A stretch of DNA of 64,000 nucleotides, from positions 124,001 through 188,000 of IMG/VR virus record IMGVR_UViG_3300033997_000136. The stretch is one strand, 5' to 3'. How positions within the stretch are numbered: the stretch's first letter is position 1; each line of letters starts with the position of its first letter. A model generated the notes under the pieces. That model searched no databases. It worked only from the letters and a program-made list of their open reading frames with translations, and was not told where the DNA came from. A program made the translations under genes and the position numbers. Positions 17,684 to 26,132 of this stretch are shown piece by piece.

Positions 17684-20179
17684 GTGTACACAATGATTAT
17701 TGATGAATTAGAATTGTGTGGATTTAAGCGGATTGCATTAAGTTGTATTGAACGAATCTGCATTACTCCAACCAATGCGTATCAAATCTTTCTAGGTGGG
17801 AATGGGTGTGGTAAATCATCTATCCTCGATGAATGGTCACCACTTCCACCGAACGATAATGACTTTTATGAGAACGGGTTTAAACGGTGTGCATTTAGAC
17901 ATAACGAAGTTAGTTACACTGTGTTATCTACCATGGGGAAAAAGAAACACCATAGTTTTATTCGACATGATGAAACAGGGGATATAGAACTCAATGAAGG
18001 TGGAACGATTTCAGTTCAACGTGAGTTATGTCAACAACTGTTTAATCTTAATCGTGAGATGTTTGACTTGCTATTAGGGAAGTCTCTTTTTACAGAGATG
18101 TCTCCGACAGTTGAACGTCGTTCATTGATTACTCGAATGAGTGCGGATGATTTAACATTTGCTACTAAATTTTACAATCAAATGGCAAGTGCTGAGCGTG
18201 ATGCTAAAGGTGCTCTTGCACACGCCCATAAACGATTAACCGCAGAAACTGATAAGCTACTAGCTCTTAATGCAGACGATAGCTTAGAGAACGATGTAGA
18301 GGCCATACAGAACGATTTAACATCGCTACTGGAATTAAAACGCCCTCAACATGAAGATGCGTTTACTATCGAGCAAAAACTTCACCACGTGTATACAGAA
18401 TTAGAACGTGTCATTGATAGTTCTGTTATGCATCCGTTTTATGAACACAACACACAAGGTTATGCATCCAGTGAAGCAATTCGTGATGATTTAAATCATT
18501 ATCGAACTAAAAAGCAAATGACCATAGAAGTCTTGAATACCCACGTTCAAGATTACGAAGCAAAGCAGAAGTTTATTGAAACGTTTGATAAACTGGGTGA
18601 CGGTGAATCTCCTGATGAGTTGTATCAGCGTAAAGCTCAGTTGGAGTCTAAACGAGACAACTTAACAAAACGGATTAAGCTCTTTACGTTCAGCGGTGAT
18701 GTGTCGCGAGACATCCCATCACTTCAAACATTCAGAGCTTCTGTACTTGGCGCATTAGGGCAGATTCCTGATAACTCTGATAAACAGTTTAGTCGGACTA
18801 ACTTAACGATGTTTCAACAAAAACATCAGCAGTTAAACGATGAACGTGCATCGCTTATGATTCGATTAAATCGCATCGATGAATACCTTGACCATGTAAA
18901 ACACGCACATCAGAACAACTGCCCTAAGTGTGGCTATGTATGGACCCCTGGTGTTGATGTCAGTCAACATGAACGACATGTAGCTGAGCGTGGTCAACTG
19001 ATTATTCAAATAAAGCAATGTGAAGGTGCATTAGACGATACAAGTCAATCTATTGATAAAATACTGTATTACATCGATGCAATGCGTCGATTGAAGACTG
19101 TGTTCAATGACATGTCTCGTTCTCAAAACTTGTTAGACTACATCTTAAGTGAAGGTCGAATTTATAATCAGCCTGCGCATCTTGGTGGAGTTGTGGATAC
19201 ATGGGTTGAGGATATGTACATTCATCATGAACTCTCTCGTGTTCAAGTGGATATGCAGTGGGTAGTAGATGCGTTAGCGCTACATCAACAAACAGAAGGT
19301 GTTGATGCTAATGCAATGAAAACTTCGCTACAGTTACTTGAAGAGACCATAGGGCGAATTACACACGATGTTCATGAACTTCAATTTACAATTGACGTGT
19401 TAGAACGACTTTATAAAGAAGCACTGGATGTGGAACGCTTAGAACAACGGCGATTGCAGTTGGATGAAGAACGTACACGGTGGTTGTCTATTTATGAAAG
19501 TAGTGTGTTTGAGGAATCTCGGACGGAGTTAGTTCGCTACTACCAACAAGTCCTTGCACAAAAGACAGTGAAGTTAAATGAGAAACGTTCATTAACCGCA
19601 GTCATCTCTGACTTGAAGCGAGACACTGAGGAGTTGGAACAAACGTATCAAGGGTATAAACTAGCAGCAAAAGCGTTGTCACCGGTAGATGGTCTTATTG
19701 CAAAACAAATGATTCAATTTATTGAGGTGATTGTTGACCACATGAATGAAATTATTTCTGCAATATGGACGACACCGTTGGTTATTAAAGTGTGTGCGAC
19801 TGAAGACAAAGGATTAAATTACAAATTCCCTATTGAAGTGGGTATTGAACAAAACCGAGTGAGTGATGTTTCAGAAGCCAGTAAAGGTCAAAAAGAAATC
19901 ATTAACTTTGCGTTTCGTTTAGTGGCCATCCTGTATCTAGGGTTTGATGATTTTCCATTGTACTTGGATGAAGTCGGTCAGAACTTTGATGAAACACATG
20001 AGCCTGCGTTTATGAACTACGTCAAAATGTTAGTTGATGCACATCGTCATAGTCAACTTGTGATGGTGTCTCACTCTGCTGCATTTTACGGTGCGTTTAA
20101 CACTGCAGACTTCTGTGTACTCAGTCAAACAAACATTACCGTTCCATCGCATCATAACGCACATGTGGTGATGTCATGA
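17684..20179 (+). CDS. sbcC: SbcC/Rad50-like SMC ATPase
   Basis: Walker A GGNGCGKSS, CPKC zinc hook, signature SKGQKE, Walker B LYLDE, H-loop VSH, long coiled coils. Confidence 0.92.
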   Translation: MYTMIIDELELCGFKRIALSCIERICITPTNAYQIFLGGNGCGKSSILDEWSPLPPNDNDFYENGFKRCAFRHNEVSYTVLSTMGKKKHHSFIRHDETGDIELNEGGTISVQRELCQQLFNLNREMFDLLLGKSLFTEMSPTVERRSLITRMSADDLTFATKFYNQMASAERDAKGALAHAHKRLTAETDKLLALNADDSLENDVEAIQNDLTSLLELKRPQHEDAFTIEQKLHHVYTELERVIDSSVMHPFYEHNTQGYASSEAIRDDLNHYRTKKQMTIEVLNTHVQDYEAKQKFIETFDKLGDGESPDELYQRKAQLESKRDNLTKRIKLFTFSGDVSRDIPSLQTFRASVLGALGQIPDNSDKQFSRTNLTMFQQKHQQLNDERASLMIRLNRIDEYLDHVKHAHQNNCPKCGYVWTPGVDVSQHERHVAERGQLIIQIKQCEGALDDTSQSIDKILYYIDAMRRLKTVFNDMSRSQNLLDYILSEGRIYNQPAHLGGVVDTWVEDMYIHHELSRVQVDMQWVVDALALHQQTEGVDANAMKTSLQLLEETIGRITHDVHELQFTIDVLERLYKEALDVERLEQRRLQLDEERTRWLSIYESSVFEESRTELVRYYQQVLAQKTVKLNEKRSLTAVISDLKRDTEELEQTYQGYKLAAKALSPVDGLIAKQMIQFIEVIVDHMNEIISAIWTTPLVIKVCATEDKGLNYKFPIEVGIEQNRVSDVSEASKGQKEIINFAFRLVAILYLGFDDFPLYLDEVGQNFDETHEPAFMNYVKMLVDAHRHSQLVMVSHSAAFYGAFNTADFCVLSQTNITVPSHHNAHVVMS

Positions 20180-20271
20180 TGTTATTTCTAACTTCCTACC
20201 TGCTAGGAGCTTGTATCTTAGCAGGTATTCAAATTGGTCTTAGGAGATGGTGTAATGCACACAACGTTTAA
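20176..20271 (+). CDS. Putative 31-aa membrane peptide
   Basis: MMLFLTSYLLGACILAGIQIGLRRWCNAHNV; ATGA overlap with the sbcC stop. Confidence 0.45.
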   Translation: MMLFLTSYLLGACILAGIQIGLRRWCNAHNV

Positions 20272-20818
20272 AGAACATAAGTCGGAGAAGTATACACCGA
20301 GAACGTATGCAAATGCATGTCGTGCTGATGTGACTGTAGCTATCGCTGTTGACTTTACTACGGCTGGTGAGAAGTGCACAAAAACTGCAGCAAAGAAAAA
20401 GTATGTCTCATACGACTTTGAAAGTGACCCTGTGACGTGTGGTGAGCTTTTCGCTAATCACTGTAAAACGTTTGGTGTGAAGATAGTGAATGTTGCTGGA
20501 AATGGAATTTATACATTCTCTCGACACAACTACACTCAACATCAGGTCAATGTATGGATGTTAGATTTTATTGAAACATTGATACTACACTATCCGCAGA
20601 TAACTTTGTTTATTAGTGGGGGTCAGACTGGAGTTGATTTCTCAATTGGTGTTGTATGTGAGTTGTTAGGTCTTCAATGCGAGATGTTATTCCCAAAAGG
20701 ATTTATACAGCGCCACACAAACAAACATGACCGGAGTATGGATACATTAGAGTTAGAGGAAGACTTAGAACGGTATGTTGAACAATTGCGTGAATTCATT
20801 CAGTTTCGTTTTGATTAG
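20255..20818 (+). CDS. SLOG-superfamily protein (cpYpsA / MoCo-carrier-like), permuted motif order
   Basis: YTPRTYANACRADVT, VNVAGN, FISGGQTGVD and PKGF motifs; ATG 20255 follows AGGAG. Confidence 0.7.
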   Translation: MHTTFKEHKSEKYTPRTYANACRADVTVAIAVDFTTAGEKCTKTAAKKKYVSYDFESDPVTCGELFANHCKTFGVKIVNVAGNGIYTFSRHNYTQHQVNVWMLDFIETLILHYPQITLFISGGQTGVDFSIGVVCELLGLQCEMLFPKGFIQRHTNKHDRSMDTLELEEDLERYVEQLREFIQFRFD

Positions 20819-20848
20819 GTGTAGGGGTGCAGATGCACCTCTACACCT
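20817..20848. terminator. Terminator hairpin
   Basis: AGGTGTAGGGGTGCA-GA-TGCACCTCTACACCT followed by TT. Confidence 0.7.
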
Positions 20849-20859
20849 TTGATTGTATA

Positions 20860-20921
20860 AAATTTCAAATACATATTACACACGTGATATGGATAAAATA
20901 AATCCCACGGAGTTATGTATG
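20860..20921 (+). promoter_or_regulatory. Putative early (virion RNAP) promoter plus leader
   Basis: AAATTTCAAATACATATTACACACGTGATATG contains the phiKZ early core TATTAC; the downstream leader CCCACGGAG recurs at 55333-55341. Confidence 0.6.
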
Positions 20922-21041
20922 AAGAATCAAAAACGCTATGTAAACACAATTGGTTTTTACCTTGTAATTCAAAACGGTAAAACAATCCGCAAATCATGTT
21001 CGCCTTCTCTTCAGGAGAAGAAATTAATAGGGACTAAATAG
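20919..21041 (+). CDS. Small basic hypothetical protein (40 aa)
   Basis: ATG 6 nt after GGAG, in the frame of track ORF 20853..21041. Confidence 0.4.
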   Translation: MKNQKRYVNTIGFYLVIQNGKTIRKSCSPSLQEKKLIGTK

Positions 21042-21043
21042 AA

Positions 21044-21160
21044 ATGGAATTAGGGAAAGTATTGTACGTTGTTGTAGTGCTTGCAGTCTATGTAGGTGGT
21101 GTGTACTACATTCGTAAAGATGGTATTTCTAAAATGAAGAAGGATAAGACTCATGTTTAA
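21044..21160 (+). CDS. 38-aa single-TM membrane peptide
   Basis: MELGKVLYVVVVLAVYVGGVYYIRKDGISKMKKDKTHV; hydrophobic helix with a basic tail. Confidence 0.55.
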   Translation: MELGKVLYVVVVLAVYVGGVYYIRKDGISKMKKDKTHV

Positions 21161-21227
21161 TTTTATAGTGATCTGTTTACTGTGTGTGATTATTTATCAA
21201 TTAAATAAGATAGCGAAAAAGAAGTAG
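21153..21227 (+). CDS. 24-aa single-TM membrane peptide
   Basis: MFNFIVICLLCVIIYQLNKIAKKK; overlaps the previous stop by 8 nt. Confidence 0.45.
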   Translation: MFNFIVICLLCVIIYQLNKIAKKK

Positions 21228-21228
21228 T

Positions 21229-21390
21229 ATGGGTTGGTTAATGGTGTTACCAATCTCCTATGTGCTGTCTTCACTTTTATTGTTAGTAGCACTCCTCAAA
21301 GAAGACCATAAGCTCTGGAGACACATGATACTGTTAGTCGTGTTTAACGCACTCTTAACGTATATAGTGTACTCCAGCCAACAGCCGTGA
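21229..21390 (+). CDS. 53-aa two-TM membrane peptide
   Basis: MGWLMVLPISYVLSSLLLLVALLKEDHKLWRHMILLVVFNALLTYIVYSSQQP; starts 1 nt after the previous stop. Confidence 0.55.
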   Translation: MGWLMVLPISYVLSSLLLLVALLKEDHKLWRHMILLVVFNALLTYIVYSSQQP

Positions 21391-21412
21391 TTCGTCACGG
21401 CTTTTATTTTTT
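21383..21412 (+). terminator. Intrinsic terminator with UUCG loop
   Basis: AGCCGTGA-TTCG-TCACGGCT followed by TTTATTTTTT. Confidence 0.85.
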
Positions 21413-21424
21413 GTCGAGGTTCGT

Positions 21425-21901
21425 ATGGCAACATTTCGAAAAGGAAATATGTTAGCCCATTGGAAAGAAGCTGACTTACTCTTAATTACAACAAACTCTA
21501 CGTTAAAGAAAAATGGTGCGTTAGTCATGGGTGCAGGTATTGCTGTGACTATCCGTGACCGATTCAGAGATGTGGATAAGTTATTAGGTCGAATGATATC
21601 ATCGGTGTGTGGACATCATGGTCTTTATGGTGTTATCACTGGGGATTGGTTAACGGATAAAAAGAAGAAACTAGGTATCTTTCAAGTCAAGAAAGACTGG
21701 GAAGGGTCTGCAGATATTGACATCATCAAATACAGCACGTTGCGTTTAATGGATATCGCTGAGAAACACCCAAACGCCGTTATCTTCTTAAATTTTCCTG
21801 GAATAGGGAATGGTAAACTTCCTCGTGAAGATGTTTTACCTATTATCTCTAAACTTCCTGATAACGTTGTGATATGGGAATACGACGAAGACTGTCGTTA
21901 A
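21425..21901 (+). CDS. Macrodomain protein (ADP-ribose binding/hydrolase, DarG/Poa1-like)
   Basis: KGNML, ITTNS..G.LVMGAGIA, FQVKKDW, FPGIGNGKL motifs. Confidence 0.85.
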   Translation: MATFRKGNMLAHWKEADLLLITTNSTLKKNGALVMGAGIAVTIRDRFRDVDKLLGRMISSVCGHHGLYGVITGDWLTDKKKKLGIFQVKKDWEGSADIDIIKYSTLRLMDIAEKHPNAVIFLNFPGIGNGKLPREDVLPIISKLPDNVVIWEYDEDCR

Positions 21902-21957
21902 AGTATGACGCAATGTCGCTCTTTCATTATTAGTTAACTAACTTTAAGGTGGTTTTT

Positions 21958-22611
21958 ATGGCAGTTGAATGCGAATTTCAATGGTATGCCAAACTCAAAG
22001 GTGCTGAAGATAAACCAACACCTGAGAAGCTTGCTCCTATTTTCCCAGCCGGTATTGTTTCTGTTGTTTTACAAGAACAGTTTCAAATGAAGTTAGTGAC
22101 TGAAAAAGTAGAAAAAGCGATAGTGCGTTCCAGGATGAAAACGCCATGTGATGGTTTATTTCACGAAGTAGGCACACCAACGTACCACTTCGAACACAAA
22201 GTGGCTTTACCGAATACTGCAGGTCAGAACGAACCGTATTTAGCTGGGAGTGAAGAGATTCATTTAATCTACAAAGCCATTGGCAGTGGATTAGTTAAGT
22301 ACCGTGTAAGTTATCCATGTATCATCTCACTTACAGATGTACATGGAGTCGTAACGGATTATGAGACTTTATGGGAAGTGGATGTATTTGTCAAACCAGA
22401 CGGATATCTTCATGAGTGGGTAAAAGTCGATGTGGAGATACCTGAAGCGATTGCTGAACAGGTTTTATATCACGTTAAACACGATACAGGATTGGTGAAA
22501 TTAAGCGCATTTCCATTACCTGTGGTCGATATGTTTGACGCCACATATGGGTTTATCGCCCCGGAAAATCAAGCAAGGGTAGATTCTATACTTGCTCAAG
22601 TCCGCCATTAA
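21958..22611 (+). CDS. CYTH / triphosphate tunnel metalloenzyme-like protein
   Basis: N-terminal ECEFQWYAK (ExExK-like), plus WEVDVF and VKVDVEI motifs. Confidence 0.6.
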   Translation: MAVECEFQWYAKLKGAEDKPTPEKLAPIFPAGIVSVVLQEQFQMKLVTEKVEKAIVRSRMKTPCDGLFHEVGTPTYHFEHKVALPNTAGQNEPYLAGSEEIHLIYKAIGSGLVKYRVSYPCIISLTDVHGVVTDYETLWEVDVFVKPDGYLHEWVKVDVEIPEAIAEQVLYHVKHDTGLVKLSAFPLPVVDMFDATYGFIAPENQARVDSILAQVRH

Positions 22612-22625
22612 GTAAGGGTTGTACA

Positions 22626-23204
22626 ATGGAAACTGCAAAACTCGTTGTTACACAGGAGTCGTTACGTGATTTAGCATTAAGAGACGCAGGTCTATTAGGT
22701 GTAGTTGACGTAAGCGATGTCATGGGTACGTTAAACGATCTTAAAAATCAAGTGACTGGATGGCGGTTTGTTTGGATATCAAAGAAAACTGATGGTCCTT
22801 TAAAACGTGGCTTAATCAAAGCAATCCCAACCAGCTTTGAAAATAAGACCATGATGGAAAAAGCACTTACCACACGATTGATACGTCGTCGTCATTTGCA
22901 TCCGTACTATGCTTCGGGTGTAATCCGCATTGCAAGTAAAATTCGTGCTGGTATGTCTGAGCGAGTCATTGACTTTGCATTAGACTTTATTCAGAATCAT
23001 CCAGATATGGGTCTAGGTGATGATGAAGATGCTTTTCCAAACTTAGTGAAGTCCTTAAAGATAGATACAACACTAAGTGTAAAATCGTTGTTGCTTGCTC
23101 GTAAAATGATTCCAAAAGTAAGAATACTTCTTGCACATAAACCGGAATCGTTTAAAAGTAAAGCACCAAACCTTCAAAAGAAAAACGATGTCCCTGAAGC
23201 GTAA
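22626..23204 (+). CDS. Hypothetical protein
   Basis: 192-aa ORF ending at the 23209 hairpin. Confidence 0.65.
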   Translation: METAKLVVTQESLRDLALRDAGLLGVVDVSDVMGTLNDLKNQVTGWRFVWISKKTDGPLKRGLIKAIPTSFENKTMMEKALTTRLIRRRHLHPYYASGVIRIASKIRAGMSERVIDFALDFIQNHPDMGLGDDEDAFPNLVKSLKIDTTLSVKSLLLARKMIPKVRILLAHKPESFKSKAPNLQKKNDVPEA

Positions 23205-23208
23205 CGTG

Positions 23209-23265
23209 ATAGAAGAGACTAGAGAGGGGAAACCCTCTCTAGTCTTCTTTATTTTTTGTTTATGG
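23209..23265. repeat. 57-bp direct repeat, copy 1 (bidirectional terminator cassette)
   Basis: ATAGAAGAGACTAGAGAGGGGAAACCCTCTCTAGTCTTCTTTATTTTTTGTTTATGG, identical to 36581-36637. Confidence 0.9.
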
Positions 23266-23895
23266 AGCAGGTGGCAAATCTTCAACTAAACCAGAATCCA
23301 CAATGATTTGCTGTAACCGCTGTACTTCAGAGGTAAGCGCTGCATTCTCTTCAACCAGTTTACGCCATTTACTGTACGTCGTCGGGTTATTCGTGATGCG
23401 ATTCAAACGTGCTGCTTCTTTTGTTTCATGGTCATTCACACCCACAATACCTGTCGTTGGTGCTATACCGACTTTTACTTCAGAAGTACAACCGATTGAG
23501 TTATCCACTATCTCACGAATTGATGTATCTATCCCTGACAAATCCACGTAATCTGGTAATGCACCCAAATCAACAGCTAACACAACCCGTTGATACGTCA
23601 CTGCATTCAAATCTGGATAAGAAAGGATGTACGTATCGGGTACGTACACAACCTGATTATCTTCAGAAATTAATGTAATGATGTGTGCATTTTCACTACG
23701 GTCTTGTTGGAATTCAACGTCCGTTAGATTAACTGGTTTATAGAAGGTAGTAAATACATCAATACCCCGTTCATAAATATCCTTAAATGAACGAATCGCA
23801 TGACATGTAAATACCTGTGTAGCATCCACTGTAAACGGAGTCTTTGTAACATACCGTCCACGTAACCCTGGGGTAGGTGTCTTTCTCATGACCAA
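23260..23895 (-). CDS. Conserved phiKZ-like virion structural protein
   Basis: TPTPGLRGRY..PF..YTC.AIRSF..IVYVPDTYILSYP..Y..VVLAVDLGALP pattern is recalled from phiKZ-like virion proteins. Confidence 0.65.
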   Translation of the reverse strand: MVMRKTPTPGLRGRYVTKTPFTVDATQVFTCHAIRSFKDIYERGIDVFTTFYKPVNLTDVEFQQDRSENAHIITLISEDNQVVYVPDTYILSYPDLNAVTYQRVVLAVDLGALPDYVDLSGIDTSIREIVDNSIGCTSEVKVGIAPTTGIVGVNDHETKEAARLNRITNNPTTYSKWRKLVEENAALTSEVQRLQQIIVDSGLVEDLPPAP

Positions 23896-23901
23896 CTACT
23901 C

Positions 23902-25245
23902 CTATGGATTTTGTGCATCTACGAAATCTAAGTAGGATTTCTGAGACACAACAAGGTACTGAACGTCTTCATACGTCACTGCTGCATACAACACACCGCT
24001 ACGTACTAAACGTGTAATCCGAGCAGGCATGTCGCTAAACTCAGTCATGGTTTCAGCAAGACGAATCATCTCACTGATAAGAACAACCCAGTCTTGTGTA
24101 CGAGGTGACATACGACTGAACTCAAACGAGGTACTTGCTGCTACTACGTAATCATTGAACCGTTCTTTGAGCTTAAACTTCTCATCACGGTTTTCAGGAC
24201 CCCCTACTGTAATCGCACCCATCGAACGATAGATGAATACGTTCGTTGATAAGTATTCCTGAATATGCTCACGGGTATACGTCGGTGCAAACGCAACTAA
24301 ACGGTCTACAGCGATTTTGTAATCAACCATAGGGCTGAACAAACCTTGCTGAATCGTTTCGTTAGGAATGGAATAGTTATCCCACAATGGAACGATGATG
24401 TGTTCCGTTGTTTTGAAGATATCAGGTAAATACTGAATCCAGACATCACGTGGGAATGCTGAGTTAGACAAGATATAATTGACTAATGCATTCTTAATGT
24501 TGTCCAGTGTATTACCTGCCAAACCATAGATAATCAAACCCCATGGTGTACGGACAATCTTGTCAGGTTCATCTGGATTTGACCAGTCAAATAAACGAAC
24601 TGATGTTACTGTATCAGGATAAACACCACGAGCTTCTTGTAAGCGATACTGACGCTCTGTATCGTCCTGTGACGCGATTAAGTCACGAACAATAGCATAC
24701 CCTTGGATAAGGTCATCTACGTTGTCTACAGGCGGTACAACGACGATTTCAAACTCATCGTACTGTCTGCGAAACGCATCATCAATAAACCAAATCTTAA
24801 TGCGGTTTTCTTCTTCGACTGAAGGAAACCCTGTTACGTTCATGGCTTTAAATGAGATAAACTCAGGGAAGAAAATCCCTTGAGCCACTTGAATCATCGC
24901 GCCAGCAGAGATGTCTTCAACATCACCGCCCCAACGTACTAATACGTCATTTGCAAAATCTGTAGATGAGTCAGTAAATGCACCGTTAATTGATTCATTA
25001 CCTACCCAGTTACACACTTCGATGATACGACGAACGTAACTATCTGGAACCTTTACCATACCGCCATCAGTCACGACAGAAGACATGGTAAATAAATCAA
25101 AGTTAGGGAAGTCCGGGAGACTGTATTGTCCTAACTCTTTTGTATATGTTTTTGCATAGGTAGAAAGTTCACCTACACTGGAATTTAAACCTGGGGCATT
25201 TTGAATCACAAGACTCAACGATGCAAAACCTTTCAAACTGTACAT
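23902..25245 (-). CDS. Conserved phiKZ-like virion structural protein
   Basis: MYSLKGF..N.PG..S.VGELST..TY..E, QYDEFEIVVVPP and YPDT motifs; synteny. Confidence 0.7.
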   Translation of the reverse strand: MYSLKGFASLSLVIQNAPGLNSSVGELSTYAKTYTKELGQYSLPDFPNFDLFTMSSVVTDGGMVKVPDSYVRRIIEVCNWVGNESINGAFTDSSTDFANDVLVRWGGDVEDISAGAMIQVAQGIFFPEFISFKAMNVTGFPSVEEENRIKIWFIDDAFRRQYDEFEIVVVPPVDNVDDLIQGYAIVRDLIASQDDTERQYRLQEARGVYPDTVTSVRLFDWSNPDEPDKIVRTPWGLIIYGLAGNTLDNIKNALVNYILSNSAFPRDVWIQYLPDIFKTTEHIIVPLWDNYSIPNETIQQGLFSPMVDYKIAVDRLVAFAPTYTREHIQEYLSTNVFIYRSMGAITVGGPENRDEKFKLKERFNDYVVAASTSFEFSRMSPRTQDWVVLISEMIRLAETMTEFSDMPARITRLVRSGVLYAAVTYEDVQYLVVSQKSYLDFVDAQNP

Positions 25246-25329
25246 ACGGTCGCTCCCAGCAATGATATGAATCGTCGGATGGAAAATCTATCCAAAACCA
25301 TACGATGGATTCCTTTAAGCTTATGAGGA

Positions 25330-25686
25330 ATGGCTATGTCGCAAAAAACTTTGTTTGACTTGCTAAAACCGTTCATCAAAGAGCTGTTCTTAAGTGAGGA
25401 CACTGAGCAAGAAGTTCAGTCGAAACGGACCTTATTACTCAGCCTCACCATGACCATTATTAGCATTGTTATCTTTGCCGGTCTCCTTGGTCACGGAGTC
25501 GGTACGGCTGTCAAGTACAACCAACACGAAGAACAGCGGATGAATGGTCCGACTGTGAGTCCCCCTATGGTTGTTCAACCACCTCAGAAAAAAGAAGGTG
25601 ATGAAAAGAAACCACAACCCACTGACGATGAGATGGCTCGACGTCTTCGTCGTTTGTATGAACTGGAAAAAGAAAATGACGGGTAA
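25330..25686 (+). CDS. Membrane protein, putative i-spanin
   Basis: One TM helix (LLLSLTMTIISIVIFAGLLG); stop overlaps the start of a lipoprotein gene. Confidence 0.5.
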   Translation: MAMSQKTLFDLLKPFIKELFLSEDTEQEVQSKRTLLLSLTMTIISIVIFAGLLGHGVGTAVKYNQHEEQRMNGPTVSPPMVVQPPQKKEGDEKKPQPTDDEMARRLRRLYELEKENDG

Positions 25687-26053
25687 TTATTTATGCATGT
25701 TGTGTACTGTGGTATTAGCTGGATGTAGTTTCAGTTTAAACGTAACCAGTACGCAACCACCTGTTGCAATTACAACAACAACCACACATGAGACTGGTGT
25801 TGAACAAACACCAGTCTTGTCTTCCGATGAAAAACCTAAGCAAGGTGTATTATCAAAGAAAGGATGTGAAGCATTCGTACTCCCGGAATATACTCCACCA
25901 AAAATCCCTCGTTTTACAGATAAAGAATTAGAAGATTCTAAACTTGTCAACATACGTTTATTACAACATATTGAAGTAGCAATGCTTGCTCAGAAAGAAT
26001 ACTCACGATTACTTGTTGAATCACACCGACGGCATCTAAAAGGATGCCAATGA
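25676..26053 (+). CDS. Lipoprotein, putative o-spanin
   Basis: Start at ATG 25676: MTGNYLCMLCTVVLAGC with an LAGC lipobox; Pro-rich region and C.F.LP..P..P; C-terminal Cys. Confidence 0.6.
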   Translation: MTGNYLCMLCTVVLAGCSFSLNVTSTQPPVAITTTTTHETGVEQTPVLSSDEKPKQGVLSKKGCEAFVLPEYTPPKIPRFTDKELEDSKLVNIRLLQHIEVAMLAQKEYSRLLVESHRRHLKGCQ

Positions 26054-26132
26054 TTTTACACCTGGATGACTTACTGTATAGGTAGGTCATCTAAGGTCTT
26101 TATAACCTTTTTGCATACAGGATTTTTTTATT

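Noticed and set aside
25571-25675. Longer N-terminal extension of the lipoprotein ORF given in the track
   Set aside because: It overlaps the upstream gene out of frame, and the signal peptide and lipobox fit a start at ATG 25676.
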